IMG/VR virus record: IMGVR_UViG_3300020455_000010
Source of the DNA: an uncultured virus (IMG/VR IMGVR_UViG_3300020455_000010)
Taxonomy: Duplodnaviria > Heunggongvirae > Uroviricota > Caudoviricetes
Length of the DNA: 20,000 bases
Direction: 5' to 3' (one strand)
Part shown: positions 8,701 to 16,590 of the stretch, piece by piece
How the letters are laid out: each line of letters starts with the position of its first letter
Position numbering within the stretch: the first letter of the stretch is position 1
The notes under the pieces: generated by a model
Told to the model about the DNA's origin: nothing
Databases searched by the model: none
What the model saw: the letters and a program-made list of their open reading frames with translations, nothing else
Program-made: the position numbers and the translations under genes

Positions 8701-9049
8701 ACTTACAGATACAGGCATTCTTGTTAAGGCACTTAATACATTGAATTATGATACTCAAGAGAATGTATTACTGGACAACCCAGTTAATCATAAACATGAG
8801 CAGGTTCAAGTAGAGGTAGGAATAACTCGTTACGTAGGGTTTAAGATAGGTGCTGATGGAGCACTTCATTTGGTTGCTGAATTAGATGCATGGAAAGAAC
8901 CAATTACAATTGAAAGATTTCTTGAGAAAGTTACTCAAGAGTATGCTAGAGAGACGGTTATGGAAACCGTACAGAAGCAAGGTTACACCGTAGTCTCCGA
9001 ACAAAAAAGTGTAGAGAACACCATAGAAATAGTTGCTGAAAAGTGGTAG
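8672..9049 (+). CDS. ycf35: Ycf35 / DUF1257 family protein
   Basis: MSHFTTLKTKL.D...L.KAL..L, GF, LVAELDAW, FLEKVTQEYA, GYTV..E, terminal W; adjacent to DUF2997 as in cyanobacteria. Confidence 0.87.
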   Translation: MSHFTTLKTKLTDTGILVKALNTLNYDTQENVLLDNPVNHKHEQVQVEVGITRYVGFKIGADGALHLVAELDAWKEPITIERFLEKVTQEYARETVMETVQKQGYTVVSEQKSVENTIEIVAEKW

Positions 9050-9056
9050 TATAACT

Positions 9057-9063
9057 CTAAATA
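9057..9063 (+). promoter_or_regulatory. Putative T4-type late promoter for hsp20
   Basis: CTAAATA, a variant of the (T)ATAAATA late consensus, just upstream of the structured leader. Confidence 0.55.
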
Positions 9064-9067
9064 AAAT

Positions 9068-9117
9068 TGATTGCCTTCGGGGATCATATTTAAACTCGCT
9101 TAATAAGGAGAACTAAA
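9068..9117 (+). promoter_or_regulatory. Structured hsp20 5' leader, ROSE-like RNA thermometer candidate
   Basis: Hairpin 1 TGATTGCC-TTCG-GGGATCA (9068-9086, cUUCGg loop). Hairpin 2 CTCGCTT-AAT-AAGGAG (9095-9110) pairs the Shine-Dalgarno with a bulged G. Confidence 0.65.
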
Positions 9118-9573
9118 ATGAATACTTTAGCTTGGGATACTTATTCCCCATTCAATGTTGGTCTGGATGATATTTTTCACCGTTTAGAATCGATGAGTTC
9201 AACCAACACTAACTATCCACCATACAATCTTGTCAAGGTTGATAGCACAACTTACGAAATAGAAATTGCTTTAGCAGGTTTTAAGAAAGAAGAGATATAT
9301 GTAGAGACAGAGACGAATGTACTTAAAGTATATTCAATGACTAGTAGAGGTAACAGTAAAAAATATGAATACCTTCATCATGGATTATCTAAACGAGCAT
9401 TTACCAACTCATGGCAGTTAGGGGATGACGTTAAGGTATCTGATGTTTCTTATGTGGATGGTTTATTAAAGATTAAACTAGAGAAAATTGTTCCAGAACA
9501 TCAACGCAAGATTAAGTATGCTATAAATCAAAGTCTTCCAACAGAAAAGGAGAAGGTGTTGTTGACAGAGTAA
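9118..9573 (+). CDS. hsp20: Small heat shock protein (Hsp20/IbpA-like)
   Basis: NYPPYNL, IEIALAGF, YLHHGLSKRAF..SW.L, DGLLKIKL...VPE; strong SD AAGGAG. Confidence 0.97.
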   Translation: MNTLAWDTYSPFNVGLDDIFHRLESMSSTNTNYPPYNLVKVDSTTYEIEIALAGFKKEEIYVETETNVLKVYSMTSRGNSKKYEYLHHGLSKRAFTNSWQLGDDVKVSDVSYVDGLLKIKLEKIVPEHQRKIKYAINQSLPTEKEKVLLTE

Positions 9574-9599
9574 ATACAGCATGCTAAAATAGACTCAAA
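9545..9599 (+). repeat. Direct repeat copy 1 (hsp20 3' end plus promoter)
   Basis: 48/55 identical, without gaps, to 10201-10255 by manual alignment. Confidence 0.93.
9562..9590 (+). promoter_or_regulatory. Sigma70-type promoter
   Basis: TTGACA (9562-9567), 17-nt spacer ending in TGC, TAAAAT (9585-9590). Confidence 0.88.
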
Positions 9600-9615
9600 A
9601 CCATAATCAATCAAT

Positions 9616-10221
9616 ATGAATGTTGAGAGTATGTTCGCAGTCCCTATTGGGTGGACATTTTTGGAAGATATTGATGTTGATCAATTGATTGATTATGGTC
9701 ATAAACAATTGAGACCTGATGGTCAGTCTTATTATGTTGACTTTAGTGAAGAACCTATAAAAAATCTTTCGAAACTAGTTACTGAAAAAGTAAATAAAGT
9801 TTATAATGAATGTGGATTTAAACACTCACAAAAACTTGAAACTGTTTGGTTTAATAAAGGAAATCCACGTCCTATTTCTGAACCACACACTCATCCACAA
9901 TCATTTTTTGTAGCAATTTTATATTTAAATGATCCAAAAAATAATTCTGGTAATCTAACTTTATTAAATCCCAACAACACTATTGACCATTTGATTCCGC
10001 ATGATGCTATTGGAGAATCTACTCCATATACTAGAATGTATACAAAAATTGTTCCTGCTGAAAAGTTATTAGTTGTTCATCCAGCATGGATTATGCATTG
10101 GGTATCTCAAGAGGTTCCAGAAGAAGATAGAATGTCAATTGCATTCAATTTTTCTTTAGATTTACCCGAAGAAACTCGTGGATTTGATAATGTTTTGAAA
10201 AAAAGGAAAAGGTTTTATTGA
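9616..10221 (+). CDS. 2OG-Fe(II) oxygenase superfamily protein (TIGR02466-like)
   Basis: MFAVPI, WFN......PHTHP, ILYL, GNLTLLNP, HPAWIMHWV, RMSIAFN. Confidence 0.9.
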   Translation: MNVESMFAVPIGWTFLEDIDVDQLIDYGHKQLRPDGQSYYVDFSEEPIKNLSKLVTEKVNKVYNECGFKHSQKLETVWFNKGNPRPISEPHTHPQSFFVAILYLNDPKNNSGNLTLLNPNNTIDHLIPHDAIGESTPYTRMYTKIVPAEKLLVVHPAWIMHWVSQEVPEEDRMSIAFNFSLDLPEETRGFDNVLKKRKRFY

Positions 10222-10255
10222 CAGAATAAATATAGCATGCTACAATATACTCAAA
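10201..10255 (+). repeat. Direct repeat copy 2 (relic hsp20 3' end plus promoter)
   Basis: 48/55 identical to 9545-9599; an alternative frame reads KEKVLLTE*, the same as the Hsp20 C-terminus. Confidence 0.93.
10218..10246 (+). promoter_or_regulatory. Sigma70-type promoter for the g43 operon, with a nested late-type ATAAATA
   Basis: TTGACA (10218-10223), 17-nt spacer ending in TGC, TACAAT (10241-10246); ATAAATA lies in the spacer. Confidence 0.88.
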
Positions 10256-10270
10256 CAAGGTGAATACTAG

Positions 10271-10708
10271 ATGGCAATAGCAATAGCAGTTCTTCAGACT
10301 GGAGAGCGAGTGATCACGGAACTTCAGGAAGTACGTGAAGATAATAAGGAAGATGGCAAACCAATTTGCTTGATGTTTGTACGTCCATACATTCTCAACA
10401 CAGAGAGTGTTAATACTGACGCTAACCAAGAAGTACAAGTTAGATTTAGTAAGTGGTTACCTTATTCATCTGATACTCAATTCAAGATTCCTTTTGCATC
10501 TGTAATGGCAGTAGGTACTGCTGATCCAGGTCTTGGACAAGCATATACTAATACAGTACAACAAGCAGTTGCTGCTGAAGATGCTGCTAAAGGACAGACA
10601 CCAGATGTAAAACAAGTTACAGAGGCAGATACAGGAATGGTTCCTGCTGCAGAAAGTCTTCCTGACGGTTCTATGGATCCAGATCATGATCAAGATACTA
10701 CGACTTGA
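10271..10708 (+). CDS. Conserved cyanophage hypothetical protein, putative Sm-like fold with acidic tail
   Basis: IAVLQTGERVI...RPY...FSKWLPYSSD..FKIP...V; SD-like AAGGTG; first of the two small genes preceding g43. Confidence 0.8.
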   Translation: MAIAIAVLQTGERVITELQEVREDNKEDGKPICLMFVRPYILNTESVNTDANQEVQVRFSKWLPYSSDTQFKIPFASVMAVGTADPGLGQAYTNTVQQAVAAEDAAKGQTPDVKQVTEADTGMVPAAESLPDGSMDPDHDQDTTT

Positions 10709-10925
10709 TGGCATCTGGATCATTGCAGAGATTGAAGAAATCGGTGGAGTTGAACTTGGTGATCCAGACTGTAAATTAATATCTCCTATGGAGATGAAAG
10801 CAAAGACTTTACAGCATTATCCTCCTCATTCAAAAAAGGAGGAAATTGCTGTAAGGTCTACTGATATCTTTGTGGTAGCAGAACCTACCGATGAGATCCT
10901 TAAATTATATAATGATAAGAAGTGA
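10686..10925 (+). CDS. Conserved cyanophage hypothetical protein, putative Sm-like fold
   Basis: IIAEIEEI...ELGDPDCKLISP...RSTDIFVVAEPT..IL..Y; GTGA overlap with g43. Confidence 0.8.
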   Translation: MIKILRLDGIWIIAEIEEIGGVELGDPDCKLISPMEMKAKTLQHYPPHSKKEEIAVRSTDIFVVAEPTDEILKLYNDKK

Positions 10926-13429
10926 AATTTTATACCAGTGTTGAGCAAGCAGGTGATACAATTCTGGTACGAGGATACAATGAAGGTAGACCATATCAGG
11001 ATCGTGTAAAATTTAATCCAACTTTGTTTCTCCCTTCACCTGAAAAGTCGGAGTGGAGAACATTAGATGGTAAGTATGTTAGACCTGTTAAGCAAGGCAC
11101 AATTCGTGATGCGAAAAAGTTTGTACAAGACCATAAAGATATACCTGACTTTGACATCTGTGGTCAGACTAGATACGTAAATCAATATCTTTACGAGCAA
11201 TACCCTGATGAATCCATGTCGTATGATATGGGTGATATTCGTGTGTTTACCCTTGATATTGAAACACGTGCAGAGAATGGGTTCCCTGATATCGAGAGTG
11301 CTGATCAGGAGATACTTTTAATAAGTATCAAGGATTCAAATACTAATAATATATCTGTTTTTGGTACAAAACCTTATGATCACAACACTAAAGATGGTGT
11401 TCATGGTGATGTAAAGTATATGCATTTCAGTAGCGAGACTGCTATGCTTAATGCATTTGTTCATTGGTGGTCTTCAAACTATCCAGATGTTATTACTGGA
11501 TGGAATGTGCAACTCTTTGATATGCCCTACATCATCCGTAGGATCAATAGAGTTGTTGGAGAGAAAGAGTCAAGATTGATCTCACCATGGAAGAATGTTT
11601 ATTGCAGGGAAATATACATCAAAGGTCGTAGGCAGATTGCTTATGACATTTCTGGTATTGCAGTACTAGACTATCTAGAATTATATAAAAAGTTTACTTA
11701 TACTAATCAAGAGTCTTATAGGTTAGATCATATTGCTTTTGTTGAACTGGGTGAGAAGAAATTAGATCACTCGGAGTATGATACTTTCAAAGAATTCTAT
11801 GATAATGATTGGAGTAAGTTTGTAGAGTATAACATTCATGACGTTAGGTTGGTAGATCAACTTGATGACAAGATGAAACTACTTGACTTAGCCATAACTA
11901 TGGCATATGATGCAAGAGTTAATTTTGAGGATGTATATTCTCAAGTAAGGATGTGGGATAACATCATATATGTTTATCTTGCACGTCAAAACATTGCTAT
12001 TCCTCCTAAAAGAGAAAGCAATAAAGATGATCAATACATAGGTGCTTATGTTAAAGAACCGATTCCAGGTATATACGATTGGGTTGTTAGTTTTGACCTC
12101 AACAGTCTGTACCCTCATCTCATCATGCAGTATAACCTCTCGCCAGAGACCTTACTACCAGGAAAACGCCCCAGTGCACAAATTGACAGGTTACTTTACA
12201 AACAGGAACCGTTAGATGACCTAAAGGGTTGTACTGTATGTGCTAATGGTACTCTATATGACACTACATTTCAGGGTTTTCTTCCTAAACTTATGGAGAA
12301 AATCTATAAGGAACGTACCATTTATAAGAAGAAGATGATTGCTGCTAAAAAGCAGTATGAAAAGAACCCTAGTGTACAGTTAAAGAAAGAAATTGCTAGA
12401 TGTAATAACATACAGATGGCAAGGAAGATCCAATTGAACAGTGCTTATGGTGCAATTGGTAACGAGCATTTTAGATACTATCGTTTGGAGATTGCAGAGG
12501 CAATTACCACATCAGGACAGTTATCTATCAGGTGGATTGGTAACAAAATGAATGAGTATCTCAATAGGATACTCAAAACTGAAGGAGAAGATTATGTTAT
12601 TGCTTCAGATACTGACTCTATGTACCTTAACTTGGGTCCTATGGTTGAGAGTGTATACAAGGGTAGAGAGAAAACTGATGAAAGCGTTGTTACGTTCCTT
12701 GATAAGATCTGTAATCTGGAATTTGAGAAGTATATTGAGAGTTCTTACCAAGAACTGGCCGACTACTTGAATGCTTATGATCAGAAGATGGTCATGGCAC
12801 GTGAGAATATTGCTTCGAAGGGTATTTGGACTGCGAAAAAGAGATATATCCTTGACGTATGGGATAGTGAGGGTGTAAGATATGAGAAACCCAAGATGAA
12901 AATCATGGGTCTAGAGACTCAAAGGTCTTCAACCCCACAATACTTCAGAAACAAACTTCTGGAGGCATTCAAGACTATTATCAAGGGTACTAATGAGGAT
13001 GTTCTCGATTATATTGACCATGTAAAAGAGGACACAAGAAAGCAGGATCCGATTGACATCGCATTCCCTCGTGGTGTAAATGGTCTTGAGAAATATAAGA
13101 GTAATGCTGACATATATGTAAAGGGAACACCCATACATGTACGTGGTGCTCTACTTTATAATTACTATGTTAAACAGAATAAGGTATCACATAAGTATGC
13201 TCCTATACAAGAGGGAGAAAAGATAAAGTTTCTTTATCTAAAACAACCAAATCCTATCGGAGAAAATGTAGTTTCTTTCATGGGTACTATACCCAGAGAG
13301 TTCAACGTTGACAATTACATAGACTATAATTTACAGTTCGATAAGTCATTCTACCAACCTTTAAGAAATGTGCTAGAATGTATCGGTTGGGATTCCGAAC
13401 GTAGAGTATCTCTACTCCAATTTTTCTGA
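10922..13429 (+). CDS. g43: Family B DNA polymerase (T4 gp43)
   Basis: Exonuclease motifs [18 protein letters not shown]; polymerase motifs [28 protein letters not shown]-terminal clamp-binding-like SLLQFF; GTG start; uninterrupted. Confidence 0.99.
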   Translation: MKFYTSVEQAGDTILVRGYNEGRPYQDRVKFNPTLFLPSPEKSEWRTLDGKYVRPVKQGTIRDAKKFVQDHKDIPDFDICGQTRYVNQYLYEQYPDESMSYDMGDIRVFTLDIETRAENGFPDIESADQEILLISIKDSNTNNISVFGTKPYDHNTKDGVHGDVKYMHFSSETAMLNAFVHWWSSNYPDVITGWNVQLFDMPYIIRRINRVVGEKESRLISPWKNVYCREIYIKGRRQIAYDISGIAVLDYLELYKKFTYTNQESYRLDHIAFVELGEKKLDHSEYDTFKEFYDNDWSKFVEYNIHDVRLVDQLDDKMKLLDLAITMAYDARVNFEDVYSQVRMWDNIIYVYLARQNIAIPPKRESNKDDQYIGAYVKEPIPGIYDWVVSFDLNSLYPHLIMQYNLSPETLLPGKRPSAQIDRLLYKQEPLDDLKGCTVCANGTLYDTTFQGFLPKLMEKIYKERTIYKKKMIAAKKQYEKNPSVQLKKEIARCNNIQMARKIQLNSAYGAIGNEHFRYYRLEIAEAITTSGQLSIRWIGNKMNEYLNRILKTEGEDYVIASDTDSMYLNLGPMVESVYKGREKTDESVVTFLDKICNLEFEKYIESSYQELADYLNAYDQKMVMARENIASKGIWTAKKRYILDVWDSEGVRYEKPKMKIMGLETQRSSTPQYFRNKLLEAFKTIIKGTNEDVLDYIDHVKEDTRKQDPIDIAFPRGVNGLEKYKSNADIYVKGTPIHVRGALLYNYYVKQNKVSHKYAPIQEGEKIKFLYLKQPNPIGENVVSFMGTIPREFNVDNYIDYNLQFDKSFYQPLRNVLECIGWDSERRVSLLQFF

Positions 13430-13455
13430 TGAATATTACAAGATCAACACCTAAC

Positions 13456-14472
13456 ATGGATTTTTTAAAACAAATAATTAAAGATAGTAAGAACGAGTAT
13501 GCTACAGTTGCTTCTGATGGTATTGCTGCAGGTGATGTAGAGTCATTTGTTGATACTGGAAGTCATATTTTCAATGCTCTAGTCAGTGGATCTATTGTAG
13601 GAGGTATTCCTTCTAATAAGATTACAGCACTTGCTGGAGAAACTGGTACTGGTAAGACATTCTTCTGTCTTTCTATCGCCAAGAATTTTTTAGAAACAAA
13701 TCCTGATGCTGGAGTTTTATATTTTGAAACTGAATCTGCTATCTCTAAAGAGATGGTTGAAACTAGAGGAATAGACTCAAAAAGATTGGTCATTTTTCCT
13801 ATCAATACTATAGAAGAGTTCAGAACACAGGCGGTCAGAGTACTCGATAAATACCTAGAGCAGCCCAAAGAAGAGAGAAAACCTCTCATGTTTGTGCTAG
13901 ATTCCCTAGGCATGTTAGCGACTAATAAAGAGGTAGAAGATGCCTCTAATGAAAAGAACGTTCGTGATATGACTAAAGCACAACTGGTTAAGTCATGCTT
14001 TAGGATTCTTACTTTGAAATTAGGTAAGGCAAATATACCCATGTTAGTTACAAACCATACTTATGATGTTATTGGCTCGTATGTACCTGCTAAAGAGATG
14101 GGGGGCGGTAGTGGTCTTAAGTATTCTGCTAGTACAATTGTATATCTCTCAAAGAAAAAAGAAAAAGAAGGAACCGACCTGGTCGGAAACATTATTAAAT
14201 GTGAGGCGAAAAAGTCCCGTTTAACTCGTGAAGGATCTAAAATTGAAACTCGTTTATTTTTTGATTCTCGTGGTCTTGACCGTTACTATGGTCTATTGGA
14301 ACTGGGTGAGATGGGAGGACTCTGGAAGAATGTTGCAGGAAGATATGAGATTGGAGGCAAAAAGATCTACGCAAAACAGATCCTTTCAGATCCAGACACC
14401 TACTTTACTCCAGATGTAATTCAAGCACTAGAAGAAACTGCTAATAAGGTATTCCATTATGGAGAAGGTTGA
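13456..14472 (+). CDS. uvsX: RecA-like recombinase UvsX
   Basis: [12 protein letters not shown], Walker [35 protein letters not shown]. Start is 13456 (MDFLK) or the coupled ATG at 13429. Confidence 0.97.
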   Translation: MDFLKQIIKDSKNEYATVASDGIAAGDVESFVDTGSHIFNALVSGSIVGGIPSNKITALAGETGTGKTFFCLSIAKNFLETNPDAGVLYFETESAISKEMVETRGIDSKRLVIFPINTIEEFRTQAVRVLDKYLEQPKEERKPLMFVLDSLGMLATNKEVEDASNEKNVRDMTKAQLVKSCFRILTLKLGKANIPMLVTNHTYDVIGSYVPAKEMGGGSGLKYSASTIVYLSKKKEKEGTDLVGNIIKCEAKKSRLTREGSKIETRLFFDSRGLDRYYGLLELGEMGGLWKNVAGRYEIGGKKIYAKQILSDPDTYFTPDVIQALEETANKVFHYGEG

Positions 14473-15826
14473 ATCAACAATTTTGAGGAATCTTCTGTGT
14501 AGTGAGGATTTTTATCGTAAGGTAGTTCCTTTTGTCAAACCTGATTATTTTCAGGACATGTCGGAGAGAGTTATCTTTGAAGAGATACAAGATTTCTCTA
14601 CAAAATATGATAAAATCCCTACTAAAGAGGTTCTTAACATAGGATTGCAGCAGAGAACTGACCTTAATGATGATACATTTAAAAATGCTACTACTCTAGT
14701 AGATAATTTAAATGATGAGTGGGTAGATACTGAATGGTTACTTGATGCCACCGAGAAATGGTGTCAAGAACGTGCTGTTTATAACGCATTACTTCAGTCT
14801 ATCAAGATTGCTGACGGTGGAGATGAAAAGTTAGACAAGGGTGCTATACCTAGCATCTTACAAGACGCATTAGCAGTATCATTTGATGAATATATTGGTC
14901 ATGATTACGTAGATCAGGCATTAGATAGGTATGAGTACTACCATAAGGATGAACTTAAGATTCCATTTGATCTAGAGAAATTTAATCTAGTAACTAAAGG
15001 TGGACTACCTAACAAAACACTCAATATTGCCCTTGCTGGTACTGGTGTTGGTAAGTCTTTGTTCATGTGTCACATGGCAAGTGCTTGTCTCTCACAAGGA
15101 AAGAATGTACTCTACATTACTATGGAGATGGCAGAGGAAAAGATTGCTGAAAGGATAGATGCTAACCTATTGAATGTAAATATCAAGGATATTGGTGCTA
15201 TTCCAGAACAACTCTTTACCTCTAGGGTAGGAGAGATAGGTAGGAAGACACAAGGTAAACTTATTATTAAAGAATACCCTACTGCTAGTGCTCATGTTGG
15301 TCATTTCAAGGGTCTTTTGTCTGATTTGAATCTTAAAAAGGATTTCAAACCAGATATCATCTTCATAGATTACCTAAACATATGTGCTAGTGCTAGGTAT
15401 AGAGGTGCTATCGTTAACTCATACACATATGTTAAGGGTATAGCAGAAGAGTTACGTGGTCTAGCAGTAGAGCAGGATCTTCCTATAGTATCTGCTACAC
15501 AGACTACTAGATCAGGGTTTGGTAGCACTGATCCTAGTTTAGAAGATACATCTGAATCGTTTGGTTTACCTGCTACTGCTGACTTTATGTTTGCTTTGAT
15601 TAGCACAGAAGAGTTAGAACAATCTGGTAGAATTATGGTTAAACAATTGAAGAATAGATATAATGATCCTACATACTTTAAAAGATTTACAGTAGGTATT
15701 GACAGAGCAAAGATGAAGCTGTATAATGTTGAGGACTCCGAAGTAACTAACGAAGTTAAAGAAGAGTTTGAACCAATAGAACCAGTGGTTAATAGTAAAT
15801 CTAAATTCACATCATTCGTAATATAA
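14459..15826 (+). CDS. g41: Replicative DnaB-like helicase (T4 gp41)
   Basis: Walker [53 protein letters not shown]. Confidence 0.98.
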   Translation: MEKVESTILRNLLCSEDFYRKVVPFVKPDYFQDMSERVIFEEIQDFSTKYDKIPTKEVLNIGLQQRTDLNDDTFKNATTLVDNLNDEWVDTEWLLDATEKWCQERAVYNALLQSIKIADGGDEKLDKGAIPSILQDALAVSFDEYIGHDYVDQALDRYEYYHKDELKIPFDLEKFNLVTKGGLPNKTLNIALAGTGVGKSLFMCHMASACLSQGKNVLYITMEMAEEKIAERIDANLLNVNIKDIGAIPEQLFTSRVGEIGRKTQGKLIIKEYPTASAHVGHFKGLLSDLNLKKDFKPDIIFIDYLNICASARYRGAIVNSYTYVKGIAEELRGLAVEQDLPIVSATQTTRSGFGSTDPSLEDTSESFGLPATADFMFALISTEELEQSGRIMVKQLKNRYNDPTYFKRFTVGIDRAKMKLYNVEDSEVTNEVKEEFEPIEPVVNSKSKFTSFVI

Positions 15827-15827
15827 C

Positions 15828-16232
15828 ATGACAGTAAATTTCAAGAAGTATGAAGAGTTTGTTTCAGCAGTTACTTCAGAAGCTTCAACTAACTTTGTTG
15901 ACTTCGCTGATCGTATTGGCGAGTTGGATCGTGAGGGTGCCAATATTGAACGTCTTCTCACTGCTGGTGTTGGCCTTGCTGCTGAATCTGGTGAGTTCCT
16001 TGAGATCGTTAAGAAGATGGTTTTCCAAGGTAAGCCTTGGAACGACGACAACAGAGAACATCTTATTATTGAGTTGGGTGACGTTATGTGGTACGTAGCA
16101 CAAGCATGTATGGCACTTGATATATCCTTTGATGAAGTAGTTGAAACTAACGTCAATAAACTTAAGAAGCGTTATCCTGGTGGTGAATTTGACGTACACT
16201 TTAGTGAGTGTAGACAAGTAGGAGATAGATGA
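15828..16232 (+). CDS. mazG: MazG-like nucleoside triphosphate pyrophosphohydrolase
   Basis: GLAAESGEFLEIVKK...ELGDVMWYVAQAC...N..KL.KRYP; follows g41 as in cyanomyoviruses. Confidence 0.95.
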   Translation: MTVNFKKYEEFVSAVTSEASTNFVDFADRIGELDREGANIERLLTAGVGLAAESGEFLEIVKKMVFQGKPWNDDNREHLIIELGDVMWYVAQACMALDISFDEVVETNVNKLKKRYPGGEFDVHFSECRQVGDR

Positions 16233-16444
16233 TTAACCTTGATGAAAAATTTCATAGTTACCTAGAGAAAGGTGGTAAGACCTTCAAGATTGATGGTGTT
16301 AATGAACCATTAAGAGGGTATGGATATCAATGTGATGGTAATGATATAGTAGGATACTATGTTACTACCACCAACTTTAAATTATTTTATAATTTGAATG
16401 AGCAGTTCATTAAAATGGAGTCACTAAATGAATCTTCCGATTGA
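16229..16444 (+). CDS. Hypothetical protein (71 aa)
   Basis: ORF coupled to mazG by an ATGA overlap; AGGAG upstream. Confidence 0.8.
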   Translation: MINLDEKFHSYLEKGGKTFKIDGVNEPLRGYGYQCDGNDIVGYYVTTTNFKLFYNLNEQFIKMESLNESSD

Positions 16445-16562
16445 TGAGAAAGAATTAGATATTATTGTGACACAATTATGGAAGTCACGTAAGAATCAAG
16501 GTGAACCTTTGGTCGAACCATTGTATCAAAAACTCTTGTCTATACAAAAAGAGAAATTCTAA
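16428..16562 (+). CDS. Small hypothetical protein (44 aa), absent from the ORF track
   Basis: MNLPIDEKELDIIVTQLWKSRKNQGEPLVEPLYQKLLSIQKEKF*; GGAG 7 nt upstream; fills the gap up to the terminator. Confidence 0.75.
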   Translation: MNLPIDEKELDIIVTQLWKSRKNQGEPLVEPLYQKLLSIQKEKF

Positions 16563-16569
16563 ATAAATA
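16559..16569 (+). promoter_or_regulatory. T4-type late promoter (overlapping CTAAATA and ATAAATA)
   Basis: CTAAATAAATA in the intergenic gap 21 nt upstream of ATG 16591. Confidence 0.7.
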
Positions 16570-16590
16570 ACCCCTATAGGGGGTTTTTTT
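16569..16590 (+). terminator. Rho-independent terminator ending the replication operon
   Basis: AACCCC-TATAG-GGGGTT stem-loop running into a T7 tract (16584-16590). Confidence 0.82.

Noticed and set aside
14174..14186. GC-rich palindrome CCGACC-T-GGTCGG in uvsX
   Set aside because: Short, single-copy, inside coding sequence and without a U-tract; compatible with chance.
10922..15826. Introns or inteins in g43, uvsX or g41
   Set aside because: The ORFs are continuous, of ordinary length, and show no splicing or homing-endonuclease motifs.
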